Part shown: positions 37,761 through 51,051 of the stretch, one piece after another
Numbering within the stretch: the stretch's first letter is position 1
Layout: every line of letters begins with the position of its first letter
Origin: Lama glama
Lineage: Eukaryota
Reading direction: 5' to 3'
Length of the DNA stretch: 64,000 nt
NCBI GenBank assembly: GCA_028534125.1
Contig: CM052818.1
Span: 5,892,001 to 5,956,000 of the forward strand
Notes under the pieces: model-generated
Seen by the model: only the letters and a program-made list of their open reading frames with translations
Told to the model about the DNA's origin: nothing
The model's database searches: none
Program-made: the position numbers and the translations under genes

Positions 37761-39214
37761 AAATGGGCTTTGGAAGACACTTTGCTCTCTGTTACGACTG
37801 TGCTCTCCCTAGGGTACCTTCACAAGAGGCTGTAGTAATAAATTACATTTCTTTCCAACTATCGTAAATGCTGGCCATGCTGTGATGGGCCACAAGGCAG
37901 CACTCAAGAAAAAAAGCAGCCTGTCATTTTCTTCTAATCTATCTTTTCTTGGTTCCATATTCCATGTCTACAGGCTTAGAATGTTACTTTTTGGTTTTTC
38001 ACCAGGGACAAGAAAATCTCACTAATTCGAATGATGAGGGAAAAAGGGAGAGTGGAGCCAGGATGCCTCAAGGGAAACGGCAGAGGGAAAGATGTTTTTA
38101 AAGAAATGCAGCAAGATTAGAAGTCTGAAGACTATCAGAAAATCAAGAAAGTCTGATGTGTAAATATTACATTTAAATTAAATTAAATAGCCAATTTAGA
38201 GGACGACTAACACCATTAAAACAGATATAGAATTGAGAATTGACCTTATGAAAAGAATCTTTCATTCAACATTGGTGTGCATTCACAATATTAATTGACT
38301 TAAAAAGTTTACTTTTCTAGTTCTGAATCTTTTTCTCAAATGAAGATACTTCTGAAAATTCCTAGGAAAGGTCATTTAACATTTTTTTACTGAATAAATA
38401 CTAAAAAGTAAATTAATCTAAGGAAAATAAAATTTATGATAGTCTTACTTTGAAAATCTAATCAAAGCACAGAGTTCCTTTAAAAAAAGAAATTGTGTGA
38501 CTGAAGAAGTTGGGGCAATATTGAAACACCCTTAATATGAGGAATATTTATTTTGAGATGCTTGTGTATTGGAATTCCTTTACTTGAAAGCCACCTCCTT
38601 CGGCATGAGCATCCTGCCTTGTGTCTTACATGGGAGAGACCCTGCTCTGGGCCAGTCCGGGTGCATCCCTCCTCCAAGGAGAGGATTCTGAGCAGTCAGT
38701 GGAATGCCCACCTGGAGCTTGCATTACTCCTTCTCCCTTCAGGTCCATCGCAGGTCCCAGAGCCCAGGCATTCCCTGGCCAGAGGGACTGAGCTTCCTTC
38801 TAGCACATGTACAGGTCTCAGGCCTCTTCTTAACACCTCTTTCATCTTCCTGGGGCCAACCAGGCTTCCGGTGTGCTCACTGGGAGGCCCCAAGGGTGCC
38901 GAGGGATGTCTTGTGGGCTCTGGCTGTGGACCTCATTTGTACTGTATGCTGGGGTTCTCTGTTCATGCATGTGAAGCTTTCCCAGTCCAGGATGGAGCCG
39001 GGGTGGGCAGAGATGGGGACAGGCGTCAGGCTGGGGGTGGGGGTAGGGAGTCAGGAGCATCTGTGCCCCAGCCCCAGACCCCCAGACACCAGGGCCAGGC
39101 CTGCTCATATAAATGACCCTGTGAGTTTTCAGAAGAAATACATTTCAAGCTCCAACTCAAAATTCACCTTAACACAACTGAAACAGTCCATTTTTTAACT
39201 TGTGTGGTGTGTTT

Positions 39215-39470
39215 TACATCCTAACAGAGAGACTCTTTCTGACAACCCCTATAATATTTAGTCTGTACCGTGGAGTTGAGAACTTAATTCTATCCTGTCA
39301 TTTACAGCGAGCTGTTGTTTTATTTGCCTTTTATTTTATTTTGTCTCCAACCAGACTGTAAGTCCCTAGAGATAGAAAATAAGACTTAGGCCTCTGTGGT
39401 AGGTACCTACTCAGTCTGGTAGAATTTTGAATATAAAGTAGATAATAAATACTTGTTGCTTGACGGATAA
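39215..39470 (+). mobile_element. L2 3' end
   Basis: tgtctccaaccagactgtaagtccctagag...aataaatacttgttgcttga. Confidence 0.65.
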
Positions 39471-40167
39471 ACCTGTAATACCTTATAAATATGTTAAACA
39501 AGACTTAGGCTAACAGTTTTAAAACCTGGAATTGTTGAGGAAAGAAGCAGTTTCTCAGGGATGAAAGAACATGCTGTAAAATTAGCAAAGGGAGAGTAAA
39601 GGAGAAGTCATTTGAGCGTCTGGCTTCGCTTGGGGACTGAACCTGCACACACAGGCCTTGTGCAGCCCGGGCCCCTTCCCCAGGTCCCACCATCACCCCG
39701 GAGTCTTTAAAACTGATCCTGGGGAGGGTCTCGAAGACAGGGCCGATTGCAACTGTAAAAAACAGCGGTAAGCGAGGGATTTGAAGAGCTCTGTTGTTTC
39801 ACAGAGAACAACTTATTTGTGCCCCGATCAACAGTACATAAACAGAACAGGTCTGCATGTGATTGAGAGGATTATGTGTTAGAGAATCGGCTTTTGCCAT
39901 TAAGGTACCACCAGCAGTAACTCCTGCTGCCCTTCTGCTCTGATACTGCCACGTTTTCCCATAAAAATATCAACAAAAGTCAGTTCATTCTTCTCCAGAT
40001 CAGTGTCTCTTATTTTTCTAGGGTCTAGAGCATGAGCTTTGTGACAATTCAAGGCGTTGATTTGTCTTCTAATGCAGCATGGTTTGATCTGACTGTAGAC
40101 TAGACTCCTTGCTGGCTGCCTGTACACCGGGGTCTGCTCTGGGAATGGGGCCACGCTGCCCATGGAG

Positions 40168-40520
40168 CAGGGGCCTCAGGGTGTGGTCCGGGGGCCGTGG
40201 GGAGCCAGAAGTCCCTCAGAAGGTTTGCAGAGCCTGTGCTTTTTTTTTTTTTTGGATAATACTAATACGTTATTTGCTTTCTCATCTCATTCTTTCATGA
40301 GCATACAGTGGAGTTTTCCAGGGGCCACGTGATGGGATGACATTATCGCTCTGATGGATAACAGACTGTGTACTTCTGGGGTCTTCAGGATTTCTCGGTC
40401 TTAATTTCTAACATAGCCAATACCTATAGATATAACCTACATCAACAGAGGCTCTCTGGGGTCCTTAATTTTTAAGCAACATAGAAAGGATCCCAAGATT
40501 AAGAAGTTTGAGGAGCACGG
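40168..40520 (+). mobile_element. Charlie1-like internally deleted hAT DNA transposon
   Basis: Both ends present: cagggg..gtgtggtccgggg...ataatactaatacgttatttgc...acagtggagttttccagggg and atagatataacctacat...aagtttgaggagcacgg. Flanking 8-mers ccatggag/ccttaaag are compatible with a decayed hAT TSD. Confidence 0.7.
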
Positions 40521-40589
40521 CCTTAAAGACAAAAATAACTACCTATATTTCTAGTTCATCCTCAAGTGGAAAGGAGCTAAAGTTTAGTA

Positions 40590-40980
40590 GAAAGTCACGG
40601 AGATGATTAAAAGTTAGAGATGCGGATTTGTAAGAGGTGGAAGGAGTGCGGATTGATAGCTCAGCTCAGAGAAGCTGGAGAGATGCCCCAATAATGATCG
40701 TCCGGTATGTGAAGGGTTGATGTACAGAACAAGAAGAAATTGGCTTGAACTGCACTATGCGAGATTTAAACTAGAGATAAAGAGGGATTCTCTGACAGGG
40801 GTTGTTAAACAGCAGAGTGGGTGCCTGGCAGGCTTGTGGAATCTCCTGCTCTGGAGGTCTTTAAAAACCGGATAGATTTCTGTCTGTCTGGGATGATTTA
40901 AATGTGACCATGCCAGAAAGCTCAGGGCATGGAACAGATGATGTCTTGGGCTCCCCTTCCAGCCCCTTGGTTCTATAATT
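40590..40980 (+). mobile_element. CR1/L3 LINE 3' end
   Basis: gatttaaactagagataaagagggattctctgacagg...ttgtggaatctcctgctctggaggtctttaaaaa...cccttccagccccttggttctat. Confidence 0.75.
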
Positions 40981-42412
40981 AACTTGATGAAAGGAGTCTT
41001 AGCGATTTGCAGTGAAGTGTTGAGACAGGAATGTGCTTGCTGATCCTGGGATAGGTCATGAGTGGGAAAGCCAGTGGCTTGCTTCATGGCTGGTGGCGAT
41101 CCCAAATCCCCCAGGACATGATTGATGTCTGGAGAAGTCCATTTCAGGTCAGATTGGGGACGGGGCCCCCAGCTCCCTGCCCAACCCTCCTCATTGTCTG
41201 GGAATAGCGAGAAAAGAAATTTGCTAGGTTGATTTCAGTCAGCTCGAGTGGGACCTGCAAATTTTCAAATAGTAGACAGAGATATTTAGAATGCTTATGA
41301 TTCTAAAGGGAAAAAATACAATCCTTAATTTTTTAGAAGGACAGTGTGAGAGAGAGTAAAGCTGTTCACAGACATACTCTCAGTTTTACTGTGTGTGGGG
41401 TGCTTTTCTTTTTCTTACAGAATTAGCAGAACTTTATTGCTTCCAGTTTTCAAAGACTTTTTGCATTTTAGAGATTAGAGTTTGAAGTTTACCTGTACTG
41501 GGTCAGTGATCCAGAGAATCAACCAGATTCTAAGGCGGTTTGTTTCCTTTGCTTATCACTTGAATTTCCATGAACAATGCACCTGGGTCAGAACAAGGGG
41601 AAGGAAAGAATGCAGATTTGCTGGGGTTACTGTGGGATTCTGACATCAGGGACAACACAGCAGAAATCAGTAGAGCCATCTGGGATAATGAGCTGGATTA
41701 GAGAATATAAATGAGATTTTATCTAAATGTAGACCTCCACTCACCGTGGTCTATGTTGATACTTAAAAAATATTCGGATCACGCATTATCTTGGCTTGGG
41801 TTGATTGATTGAAAGCAGAGAAAGAAGACAGAGCTGGGAAGACCCCCTTGGGTACTTGGAGAGACTGTGGGGGTAGTTTGATCAGATACCTTTCAGGAAA
41901 ACAACGCTGGCAGATAGCAGATAACCCCCATTGTGGGAAATGATTACCAGGCTCTGTCTATCTCCCAGAGATTCTAAGAGGCTACTGACCTCTCCTCTGA
42001 CAAAGCCTTCCAGTGTTGAATGAGGTGGGAAGACCAGGCCTGGGGCAACAGGGTAAATACGCATGCTGTCCCGGACAGGAGGAAATGGGACAGTATCACG
42101 GAGCCTGTGAGACAGTAAACCTCTTTGAATGTTAAGACCCGTCATGCAAATTCTCAATTAAAAGAAGGTATCTTCCAACCTTATTTTATGCCTCACATCT
42201 GTGCCCCTTGATGTTGAAAGAAAGGTAGGGGGTAAGGGGGAAGGAGGAAAGAAATTCCTGTTTTCAGAAGGCATAGAATTAGCGTAGGTAAAGTATTATT
42301 CCAAAAGATATCTAGTGAAATATCACAGATGAGAATTTTAAACAAGCTTGTTAATGTTCTTATCCGTCCAACTTCCTTTGCAGCTAAGCTAGCTAAAATA
42401 AAGAAGGTAAGG

Positions 42413-42447
42413 TCAGTGTAACATTGCAAATCAGCTATACTTCAATT
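42413..42447 (+). mobile_element. Very short L1 3' terminal insertion
   Basis: aacattgcaaatcagctatacttcaatt matches the L1 terminus seen at 33328-33354. Flanks aaggtaagg/aaggcaagg may be a TSD. Confidence 0.55.
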
Positions 42448-42719
42448 AAGAAACAAAGGCAAGGGCATGCCCCTGGGTAAAAGTTTATCACCTTTGTGGA
42501 TTAAGAAAGAAAAATTTTCTTTTCAAACCTGGGAAACTTGTGACCATGAAAGATCTAAATAAGACTAGAAAAGGGAAATGTTACTGCTTTGCTTGCTTTT
42601 CTTTTATCTTTTTCTTCCTTCCTTTCTTTTTTTTAAAGCCCCATGCTAAGGCAGTCAAAAACAGCCCCCAGAAGAGGCTGTGTCTGTTTAATGCGTTTGG
42701 TGCATCATATTTGACGCTT

Positions 42720-43045
42720 TGACCTTCCCTTCATTTATCCGAGCTGTTGTTCAAGCAGTTGCATCTGCCTGCTGCACTCTTCACTCTGCTTTCCCCATCT
42801 GTCTTCCAGCCAAAGTTATACTCATTTTCTAAGACTCAGTTCTCATTCCTGCGTGGAGCCCAAGATGGTACCCACTCCCTCACAGCTGTATCCTAAGACT
42901 AAGTACTGTCACCTTGCACCAGCGTCATTTGTGTGCATGTCCATGTTTGTCACTTAACTGTGTGCTCCCACAGAGTGGGGGCCAGGTTAGTTTCACATCG
43001 GAGTCTTACACCTAGTAGTTGCTCAGTTAATGTTTCCTCCTGCAT
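42720..43045 (+). mobile_element. L2 3' end
   Basis: tactcattttctaagactcagttctc...acacctagtagttgctcagttaatgtt. Confidence 0.6.
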
Positions 43046-45599
43046 CAGATTTGACTGAACACATCTTTTCCAGAAAAGAAACAAGATCCAGATGCTACTA
43101 ATAGATTTCACTTCTGGAAATAGATTTATTAGACCATTCAGCCAAACGACGTAATTTGTGCATTCAAAAACAGAAGTGATGGGAAAACCTATTTCTACAT
43201 GCATATTTATTCAATATATTGTAATTCAATCATACAGCAGCTGAAAAAAATGCATGTACATGCCTGCACATGTATGTATATATATTTACATACAAATGCA
43301 GACAATTCATTTCCACATTTTAGTTTTTCAGCCATAAACCACATAAAATCAAGAAGAACTAGAATAAAACATTTTAAAATGTCAGATTAAAACCCTTGGT
43401 GAATCACAGTCTGAGTTTCTTACGGGAAACAACCTAAGGAAGAATAGAAAAACAAGTGAAATGATCACTCTGTGTCTTCCTAACACAATTTCTTATTTTT
43501 GTAAAAATACTGTGCTTTGAAAGGCTGATATATTTTCTAACATTTTATACTAACGGTTTCCTACTGAAAAAATGTGCAAAGATGACATCTAAAAAGTAAT
43601 ATATTCCCTGTTTTTATTTTTCCTCTGTCCTTTATGCGGGGAAAGTTAACAAATTATTTTCAAGGGAGGAACATGACATTTCCACAGATGGTTACTTTCT
43701 AGTACAAATGCAAATTGCAGAGAAAATAACTTTTTTTCCCCATGGAAAATGGTCTCTGTAGTTGTACAAAGCCTACTTTAAAATGATAAGAAACATGAAA
43801 AACGTGAATAATTACTGTTGGAGGAGATACAGTTGTGTTTAAGTTTCTGCATTCCCCTTATATTTATTCTCTGCTTCTCTGATTCCGCCACCAAGTTTTT
43901 TTCAAATCAGGTTTCAAACTTGAATTAATTTTTGCTCAGTGTGAATTTAGATGTGGGAGAGTGTGTGCAAGTGTATTTTACACATTTTTTAAAGCTTCCT
44001 TTGAGAGATTTGTTTTTGAAAAGTTCACTGTACTTGATTGCATAGGTGTTTTTTTTTTTCTTGTTAAGGGCAGAAGTCAACCATTCCAATTCCTGTTTTT
44101 ATACGGAACCAGAAATCCAGAGTAAGTCTCAAGCTGGCAGTGACAGAACTCAGGCTGCATCTTGGGGTTATTTCCTATATTCCGCTTTTAAAAATCTGAC
44201 ATTGATTTGCTTATTTTTCAGCAAAATCATGCCCTATGTAGAAACCGTATTGATCACAATGTTAGTGAAAAGTGCAGAACCTGTGATCTAAAGAACATAG
44301 GCTCTAGAAAGATTGGCTTAAAAGCATTTCTGTTTTATCCTTCAGTTTTCTAGAAGGTCTTGGAAAGAAGCACTGCCAACCTTGGTAGGAGCAGGATTCT
44401 TAGTGTGGAACAGACTCCAAGTTTGGTTAGACCACAGTGAAGGGTGTTGAAACCCATTAGTAATTAAGAGCATGGCTCTGTGCTGATGTGCTTTATGGTA
44501 TATTTCATGCTGCTCATGCACAGTAGGTAATACACATGGATTCAGCATAAATTTAATTTTGCACATTAAGTAAAGTGCAAAAGATAAATTATGCCTGAAG
44601 AGGAGCCACCAGCTGCTGTAGCCACTTCAACTAATGTACCCCGGAGGTGCCTGAGCACATCAGTTGTGTTGAACCACTAATGCATCCTGGATATCTGCAT
44701 GGATACATTTGCTGTGTGAGAGCCTCCTGGCTCTCCGGGAGGGGCCGGGGAAGGGAACTGGTCCAGCTTCCTGGGGCTGAGCTGCCCCCTACCCCAGCTC
44801 CGGGCTCCTGAGCGTGCTTTGCCATGCCTGGCCTTGTTCAAGGGCTCAGTGGAAGGGATCTTCCCACAACCTGGGGAAGTGAGACGGTACAGGAGGGACC
44901 CCCAAGCATCCCACCCCTGGCTTAGCTGAAGGACCCAGAGTCCATGTGAAATGGGCATTCCACCGTGGATTCAGAAATCGGAAAGGATGCTTTACTGCAA
45001 AGATGGCTGAATTAGAGCTGCTGGGGGAACACTTATTTCTGAATTTCTTGGCATTCTTGGACCTCATTTCTCAACCTTAATGTTCACTTTATGGTCCTTT
45101 TTTTTTCATATTTAATATATCTACATCCCATATGGGGAATTGAAGCAGAACACTCCGAGGGCTTTAAGGAAGAAAACAGATCTCCACTCTGTGGCAGGAT
45201 TCATTCCTGTGGCCGCGAGTGTTGATGACACGCTTTAAGTTATTTGAGATGAGTAAGCAGTTACGAGTTCCACTGGAAATGGGGCTCCGATGGTTTTCAG
45301 CCAAACCCTGATAATGGAAGTTTCATCCTCTTGGCCGTCCCCTCCCGGGGCCCCCGTGACTGCACCTGTTCCAGGCTCGCGCTGTTTACCACGAGGTGGG
45401 AGGAAGGCGGCAGCGGTGGCTGTCCTCATGTCCTCTTGCCCATTGAAAGCACCCTGCTAGGACTGGCTTTCTCTTAACAGTCTGTTCACCATACCCCTTC
45501 CTGGGCTGCATGGACTCGGTGGGCGGCGGCTTAGAAGAGGAAACCAGAACTCCCGGAGCCCTGGGACTAGGGCAGCTTACTACCAGTCCGACCCCAGGC

Positions 45600-45790
45600 T
45601 AAGTCCTTTACCTGCATCATCTAAGTTCTCATGGAAACCCTCTTATTTTCATTTTACAGAGGACCAATCCTGACATTTTGAAGCTCGACTTACTTACCCA
45701 AGGGCAGTTGCTACGGATAAAAGGCAGAGCCAGGGTTCAAATGCAGATAGCTGGGTTTAGAACCTGTGTGCTTTAGGCATTTTAATACAC
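45600..45790 (-). mobile_element. MIR SINE
   Basis: ttcattttacagagg...gacttacttacccaagg...ggcagagccagggttcaaa. Confidence 0.65.
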
Positions 45791-46794
45791 AGCCTTTGTG
45801 TGGTGATTTTTTTCTTTTCCTTGCCAAGTAGCATAGGGTTTCTTCAATTTATTTGTTTGTTTTTAAAAACAACGTAGATCACTCTGCCTTTAAATGGAAA
45901 TTTTCTCTTGAAAGGAAACTAAAGATGTTCTTCATGTAGGAAGTCAGTTCATGGTGCATGATCTCATGCTCCAGAGGAAGATTCTGAGCTAGGCAGAGAG
46001 AGACACTCCCGTTACCGCTAGTGAGCTGACTGATTTACGGAGATCAGCCTCACTTTGGAGAAATTGATCAGAGGCCAGACGAGGAATTCAGGGAAGGCTT
46101 TCCTGGGACTCGTGCTGCAGCACGAGGAAGTAGAAACAAGTAATGGTCTCCCTTGCTCCCTTCCCGGGGAGGTGAGCTGGTCCTTCAAATGAGGTGAGGG
46201 TGGGGCGGATGGGTGGGTCAGGCCAGAGGGGTGGCTTAGGTGGTCTGCCCACCCCCTTGGTGGTGCAGCGTGCGGGGATCACACACGGGACCCTGCTTTT
46301 GCTCCCAGCACCTGAGAAGTGGTGGTCGTTTCGTGCCCATTTTGTATCTTACTGTTCATAACTGCCCCAACTGCACATGCGTCTATTATTTTTAGCCCCT
46401 TATGGTTTCTGTGTATTCTGTTGCTGGAGGAGATGTTCGTTCCGGTGCAAGTGGCAGCGCTCTGGTAGAGGGGCCCGGGGCCCGGCCTGTCTCGCTTCTA
46501 GTGGTGCACAGGAGTCTGTCTGCCCCGACTGCGAGAGACTTTTGTAAACTTCTCTTCCCATTTCCACAGGCAGTGACATCACATTGGTAGACTGAAACTG
46601 CCCATGGTAGGAGCCTTCATACCACAGAAATTTTTGAGCTTTTTTTCTTTTTTTCACTTTTTTAGAGAATAAGTTATGAGACATTTACCAGGACACCGCT
46701 GAGCACGTGCCCAATGGCCTCATGGGCCTTTATAAAGGACTATTCCAGATACCTGGTAATTCTTCTTCCACTAGGTCTATAGTCCAGAACTGTT

Positions 46795-46917
46795 TTTTGT
46801 TTGTTTTACTGAGTTACAGTCATTTTACAATATTGTGTCAAATTCCAGTGTAGAGCACAATTTTCAGTAATACGTGAACACACATATATTCATTGTCACT
46901 TTTTTTTCCCTGTGAGC
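46795..46917 (-). mobile_element. Short camelid L1 3' end with perfect 14-bp TSD
   Basis: Antisense L1 terminus (cagtcattttacaatattgtgtcaaattccagtgtagagcac). AGTCCAGAACTGTT at 46781-46794 and 46918-46931. Confidence 0.9.
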
Positions 46918-49137
46918 AGTCCAGAACTGTTAACGAGAGAAATAATTTTCATCAGGAGCACAAAACTTTTTATAACATATAAAGCATTATTCATGTGTTC
47001 AGTTTTGGCAATGTTGAAATTAGACATTATTTACCAGGACAAACAGAAGATGTTACGATATTAATAACACGGTTTACAGCTAACCTGGAAGAGGATCTAT
47101 AGTAGTAGAATGCTCCAGTCCTTTTCCTAAATGCATCTGCGTCCTACACAGGAAAGAGAAGATACTAAGAACTTTAATGAAAAAAGATACATATCCTTTG
47201 GCAGAGATTACTGCTGTGGACAGAAATGCTCTTCACTATTGACTATTTCTACTTTGGATCTGGTTTGCATCAAGTAGGGTCACAGTGGCTGTGAACTGGG
47301 CATTAGATTCTTAGGGTTCCACTTAACTTCACCTAGAATTACCTCATGGGGCCCAGATACATCATTCAACCCATCCGCTTTTGAGCCAGTCCTACCTGTA
47401 TTTTATTTAGTGTTCTATAGTTGCAGGCAGCAGATCCTAATTTAAACAGAAAAGAAATTTACTGGATGATTCTTAAATGGTTCGAAGAACTGATGGGGAG
47501 GTAGGAGAACTGGGCTTTGAGAAGAATGGGAACCAAGGCGGTCCCATGCACCAGCCCGTTTCCTGGCGGTGCACGAGCACTGGAAAGGAACCGGGCACAG
47601 CCACTTCCCTCTCCTAGGACTGCACCCTCTGCCCAAGAGCCAGTGTTGCAGGGCGCTCGGAGGGAGAGGCACAGAGCACCTGCACGCACACAGGGGCTAG
47701 GCGATTCCCTGGGGATGAATCAGGATGCATTCCCAAAGTGCCGAAAAGCAGGTGCAGTGTGGTCAACCTCTGCCTCCCCCCGTGATCACACAGCAGTCAA
47801 TGGAGAAGATTAGAAACCAGTGTCTGCTTCACAAACGAATAATTTACCAAAGGTTTTGAACTTCTGTGATGAAGTTCGGAGAACCTGCCACTCATAAGTC
47901 ATATCATCTTGAACAGGCTGTTTGCTTTTACCTTGAAACTTAAAAGAGTCTCAGAGTCAAATCTGCGCTGCTTTTATGGAAGTCTCGAGCTTATGTTCGA
48001 TCCATTCCTGGCTCCACTGATGTCTTTACTCTAAAGCGTTTTCTTTTCTGCTTTCTGCCTACTTCTAATTTATGTTCTGTAGCTATATTTTATATATGCT
48101 CCTAAGCTGCCTAGAATCCTTTTTTTTTTTGCAACAAGGCAGTGTATCAGTAAATAGATTAATATGCAGTCAGTTCTTAGGAGTCTTTCCTAATTTTAAT
48201 ATCTTATTGTTCTCATTCAGAAAGTTGGATATTCAAGTGAACAGAATATGTCCTCTTAAAATCAAATATAAAAAAAAGTCAAATATAATATCAGAGTCAC
48301 CTTGTCTTGATTGGTACTTACTCAAAACACAGAGTTGCTTTTTAAATCTCTTCCTTAAATTCCACACGCAGAGCAAAGTAATACCGTCAAAGTAAGAGGA
48401 ATGGTAATTATTTCCCCGGAGAACAATGATTTTGCAATAAATTTCAAAAACAGCACGATTTAGCAAATTAAGCTTAGAGCCAAGGATATTAAATAGCGTT
48501 AACTTTGTAGAAGTAAATTCTGATACTACAGGCTTCAAACATTGGTTTGCGTTCATTTTGAAAAAATCTCATGGAGGGGCCCTTGCTTTTTTGGTGTGGG
48601 ATGCTGGACTTTGTTTTTAAAGGCTGGAGGAGTGAAGCCTTTTCCACACCAGGCAGGATAGAAGGGCTACGTCTATGAGCGCACTTTGTTCTGCTGTGAC
48701 TAGACCGCTGAGTCAGCGATATTGACAGCAGCATCCCCTTCAAAGGAGACTTGTACTTGGCAGCCACGAGTCTGTGCTTGGGCAACTCCACATGGAAACA
48801 CGACTTCTTTGATCCTATATTTAGTATTGATATTGTTCATGTTTAAATGTTAAAAATAACTGTTTAAAGCCACATGCTGTATAGTTAATAATAAAAGCAC
48901 ATTCTCTCAACTTCTAGAAGTGTTTGCAAGAAATCTTGGGCCACCTTCCCACCACCTGTAGCCATACACCAAGCTACATCGTCTGAGAGGGCTTGAGCTG
49001 AGTGATCATTTGTTATGAAGACCTTTCCTTTTAACTCTCTCCTCAACGTATGTGCTCGAGCCCACTGAATTGCTACTTGGGCATTCTTTTTTTTTCTTGG
49101 ACCAGTCTTTTCTGAAGAGAATCAAAGCATCAATCTT

Positions 49138-49240
49138 AAAAAAAAAAAAAGAAAAAAGAGAGAAAAAAGAAAAGAAAAACACACACACATACCCTATCTA
49201 TCTATCCTCTGTCTATCAATCTATCTGTCCGTCCATCCAG
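49138..49240. repeat. A-rich, (CA)n and (CTAT)n low-complexity tract
   Basis: Seen directly. Confidence 0.8.
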
Positions 49241-50960
49241 CTAATAAATACTGTCTTTTTCTCTGCTTTCATTTGGAGGAACAGTTCACAAATGGAAGTA
49301 CAGAAGCTGGGCCTCTCTTGCTTGAGTTAGAAGCATTCCTCCCAAGGTGCTGATGCTGATCTATTGTCAGACGGCACTGCACTCTCTCATTAATATTAAC
49401 CATTTCCTCCAAAAGGTCGTACTCTTTGACTCACTCTGTTTTAAGAAGCCATTATTTTTACAGTGGTTGCTAAGTCACCATCAAAGAATTCCAAGATCTT
49501 TGAAGCACGAACAGATAGGGAATCGACATTCTCAGTTCCTTGGTCTTTGCAGGTAGTGTGCAGTCATTTTTGAAAGAAGTGGAGAAATTGCAGTTGGGTC
49601 CATCTATCTAAGTTGAAATACATTCTACCCTAGAAATTAAATGCATTTTGCTGAAGAACTAACCATGCCGTTATCAATGTTGCTCAGCTACAGCGCAGGT
49701 CATTACTATTGAAGCCTATCTAAATAACTAAGTGTATCTGTGTGCGTGTGTGTGTTGATAAAGAAAGCATGTGTTCTAGTTATAGCTAAGATATTTCTAT
49801 AGAAGAAAACTGAAACTATATGTTACCACCTCAGTCTAATCAAGTTGAGAACTTAAGTTTCTTCTCAATCTGTTTACTGGTTAATGGGCTAGCTGGCTGC
49901 TAGATAAGGATGGAAAAACCTCTTACTGCTTTGTTTTTGTTTTGGTTTGTTTTTTTGTTTTTTTGTTTGTTTGTTTTTTGGGTTTTTTTGGTGAAGTCAA
50001 AAAGGTGACTGTATAGCTTAGTAATTGGAGTTGAACTATTCAAAAAAGTGTCTGGTCAACTGCTTTCTTTGATTGCTACTGGTGAATCAAATCTCTTCAG
50101 TCTAACCTTGGCTTCCAAATCCAAAATCACTCCAAACTTGCCTCCACAATGCCACATGTGGCAAATCTGTGGTCTTGCCAAACCACCTGAAAAGAATTAT
50201 TTTCCCTGCACACAAAAAATAATTGTCAGTTCTTTAAAGTTCAGATTGTAGAGGTTTTGAATAATTAAAACTTTTTCTACGCCTCGGTAGCACTCCCAAA
50301 GGTTAAATACGTTTCTGTTCTTGCATCTACAGTATAATTATGGGAAAGCGAGTGAGTTTCTTCTCTGAAAATACATGGAAACCAAGTAGTTATTTGTGCC
50401 TGCAAATCCTTTTGGGTAAAGAACCAGCAAGATAATAAATTGTTTTTGCTAAAAACAGGAAGTTTGGCAAAGATGCAAAAGTACAGCTAAACTTTGGCCA
50501 GGCAACCCAAAACATTGTGTTCTTCTTTGGAAGTATTTCCAGCAAGAAAAAAAGTGTGGAGTGCCTTGAATACATAGTTTCAGAAACAGTGAAGGCATCT
50601 GGCAATAGGAACTGCTTGCCAAGCTTGTGGTTGTGCTGTGCTTGCGGATGTGAGGATGTGCCAGTTTTCAGTGACTTCTGTCATGTGCAGCTGGAAACCC
50701 ATGCATCGATAAGATCTTGAATGCTGCAAAGTCCAAAAAGATTCTAGAAACTGTGCCCCCTTCTCACTCTCTTCATCCAAGCTGTAGAAAATCTCAAAGA
50801 AACGAAATTTCTTGGAGTTTAGGTAGAAAAAAAGTCAACCTTCGATTTCTCAGGGAAACCTGATTAAGGCAGGAGTGTTCAATCCGTTGAAACATTCTGG
50901 AAGTTGTTAGTTGTTTTTTTTTTAATTCCCCCTCCCTTTCCTCAAATTCCTCATACTCAC

Positions 50961-51051
50961 ACTTGCCAGCTTTATTAATATGACTGTGATTATGTGGCAT
51001 CTGTTTTGGACAGACCCGATAGGATTGTAATTTCTACTTTAGACCATCAGT
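50961..51051 (-). other. Candidate non-coding exon (91 nt)
   Basis: Minus strand: ttctttattttttctggcccacattttgaagtctttccag|ACTGATGG...GGCAAGT|gtgagt, with stops in all three frames. Confidence 0.3.

Noticed and set aside
38553..39198. Overlapping 187-aa and 164-aa ORFs
   Set aside because: No domain-like sequence or splice context; GC-rich chance ORFs.
50150..50163. Perfect 14-bp palindrome tgccacatgtggca
   Set aside because: A few palindromes of this length are expected by chance in 64 kb, and there is no supporting context.
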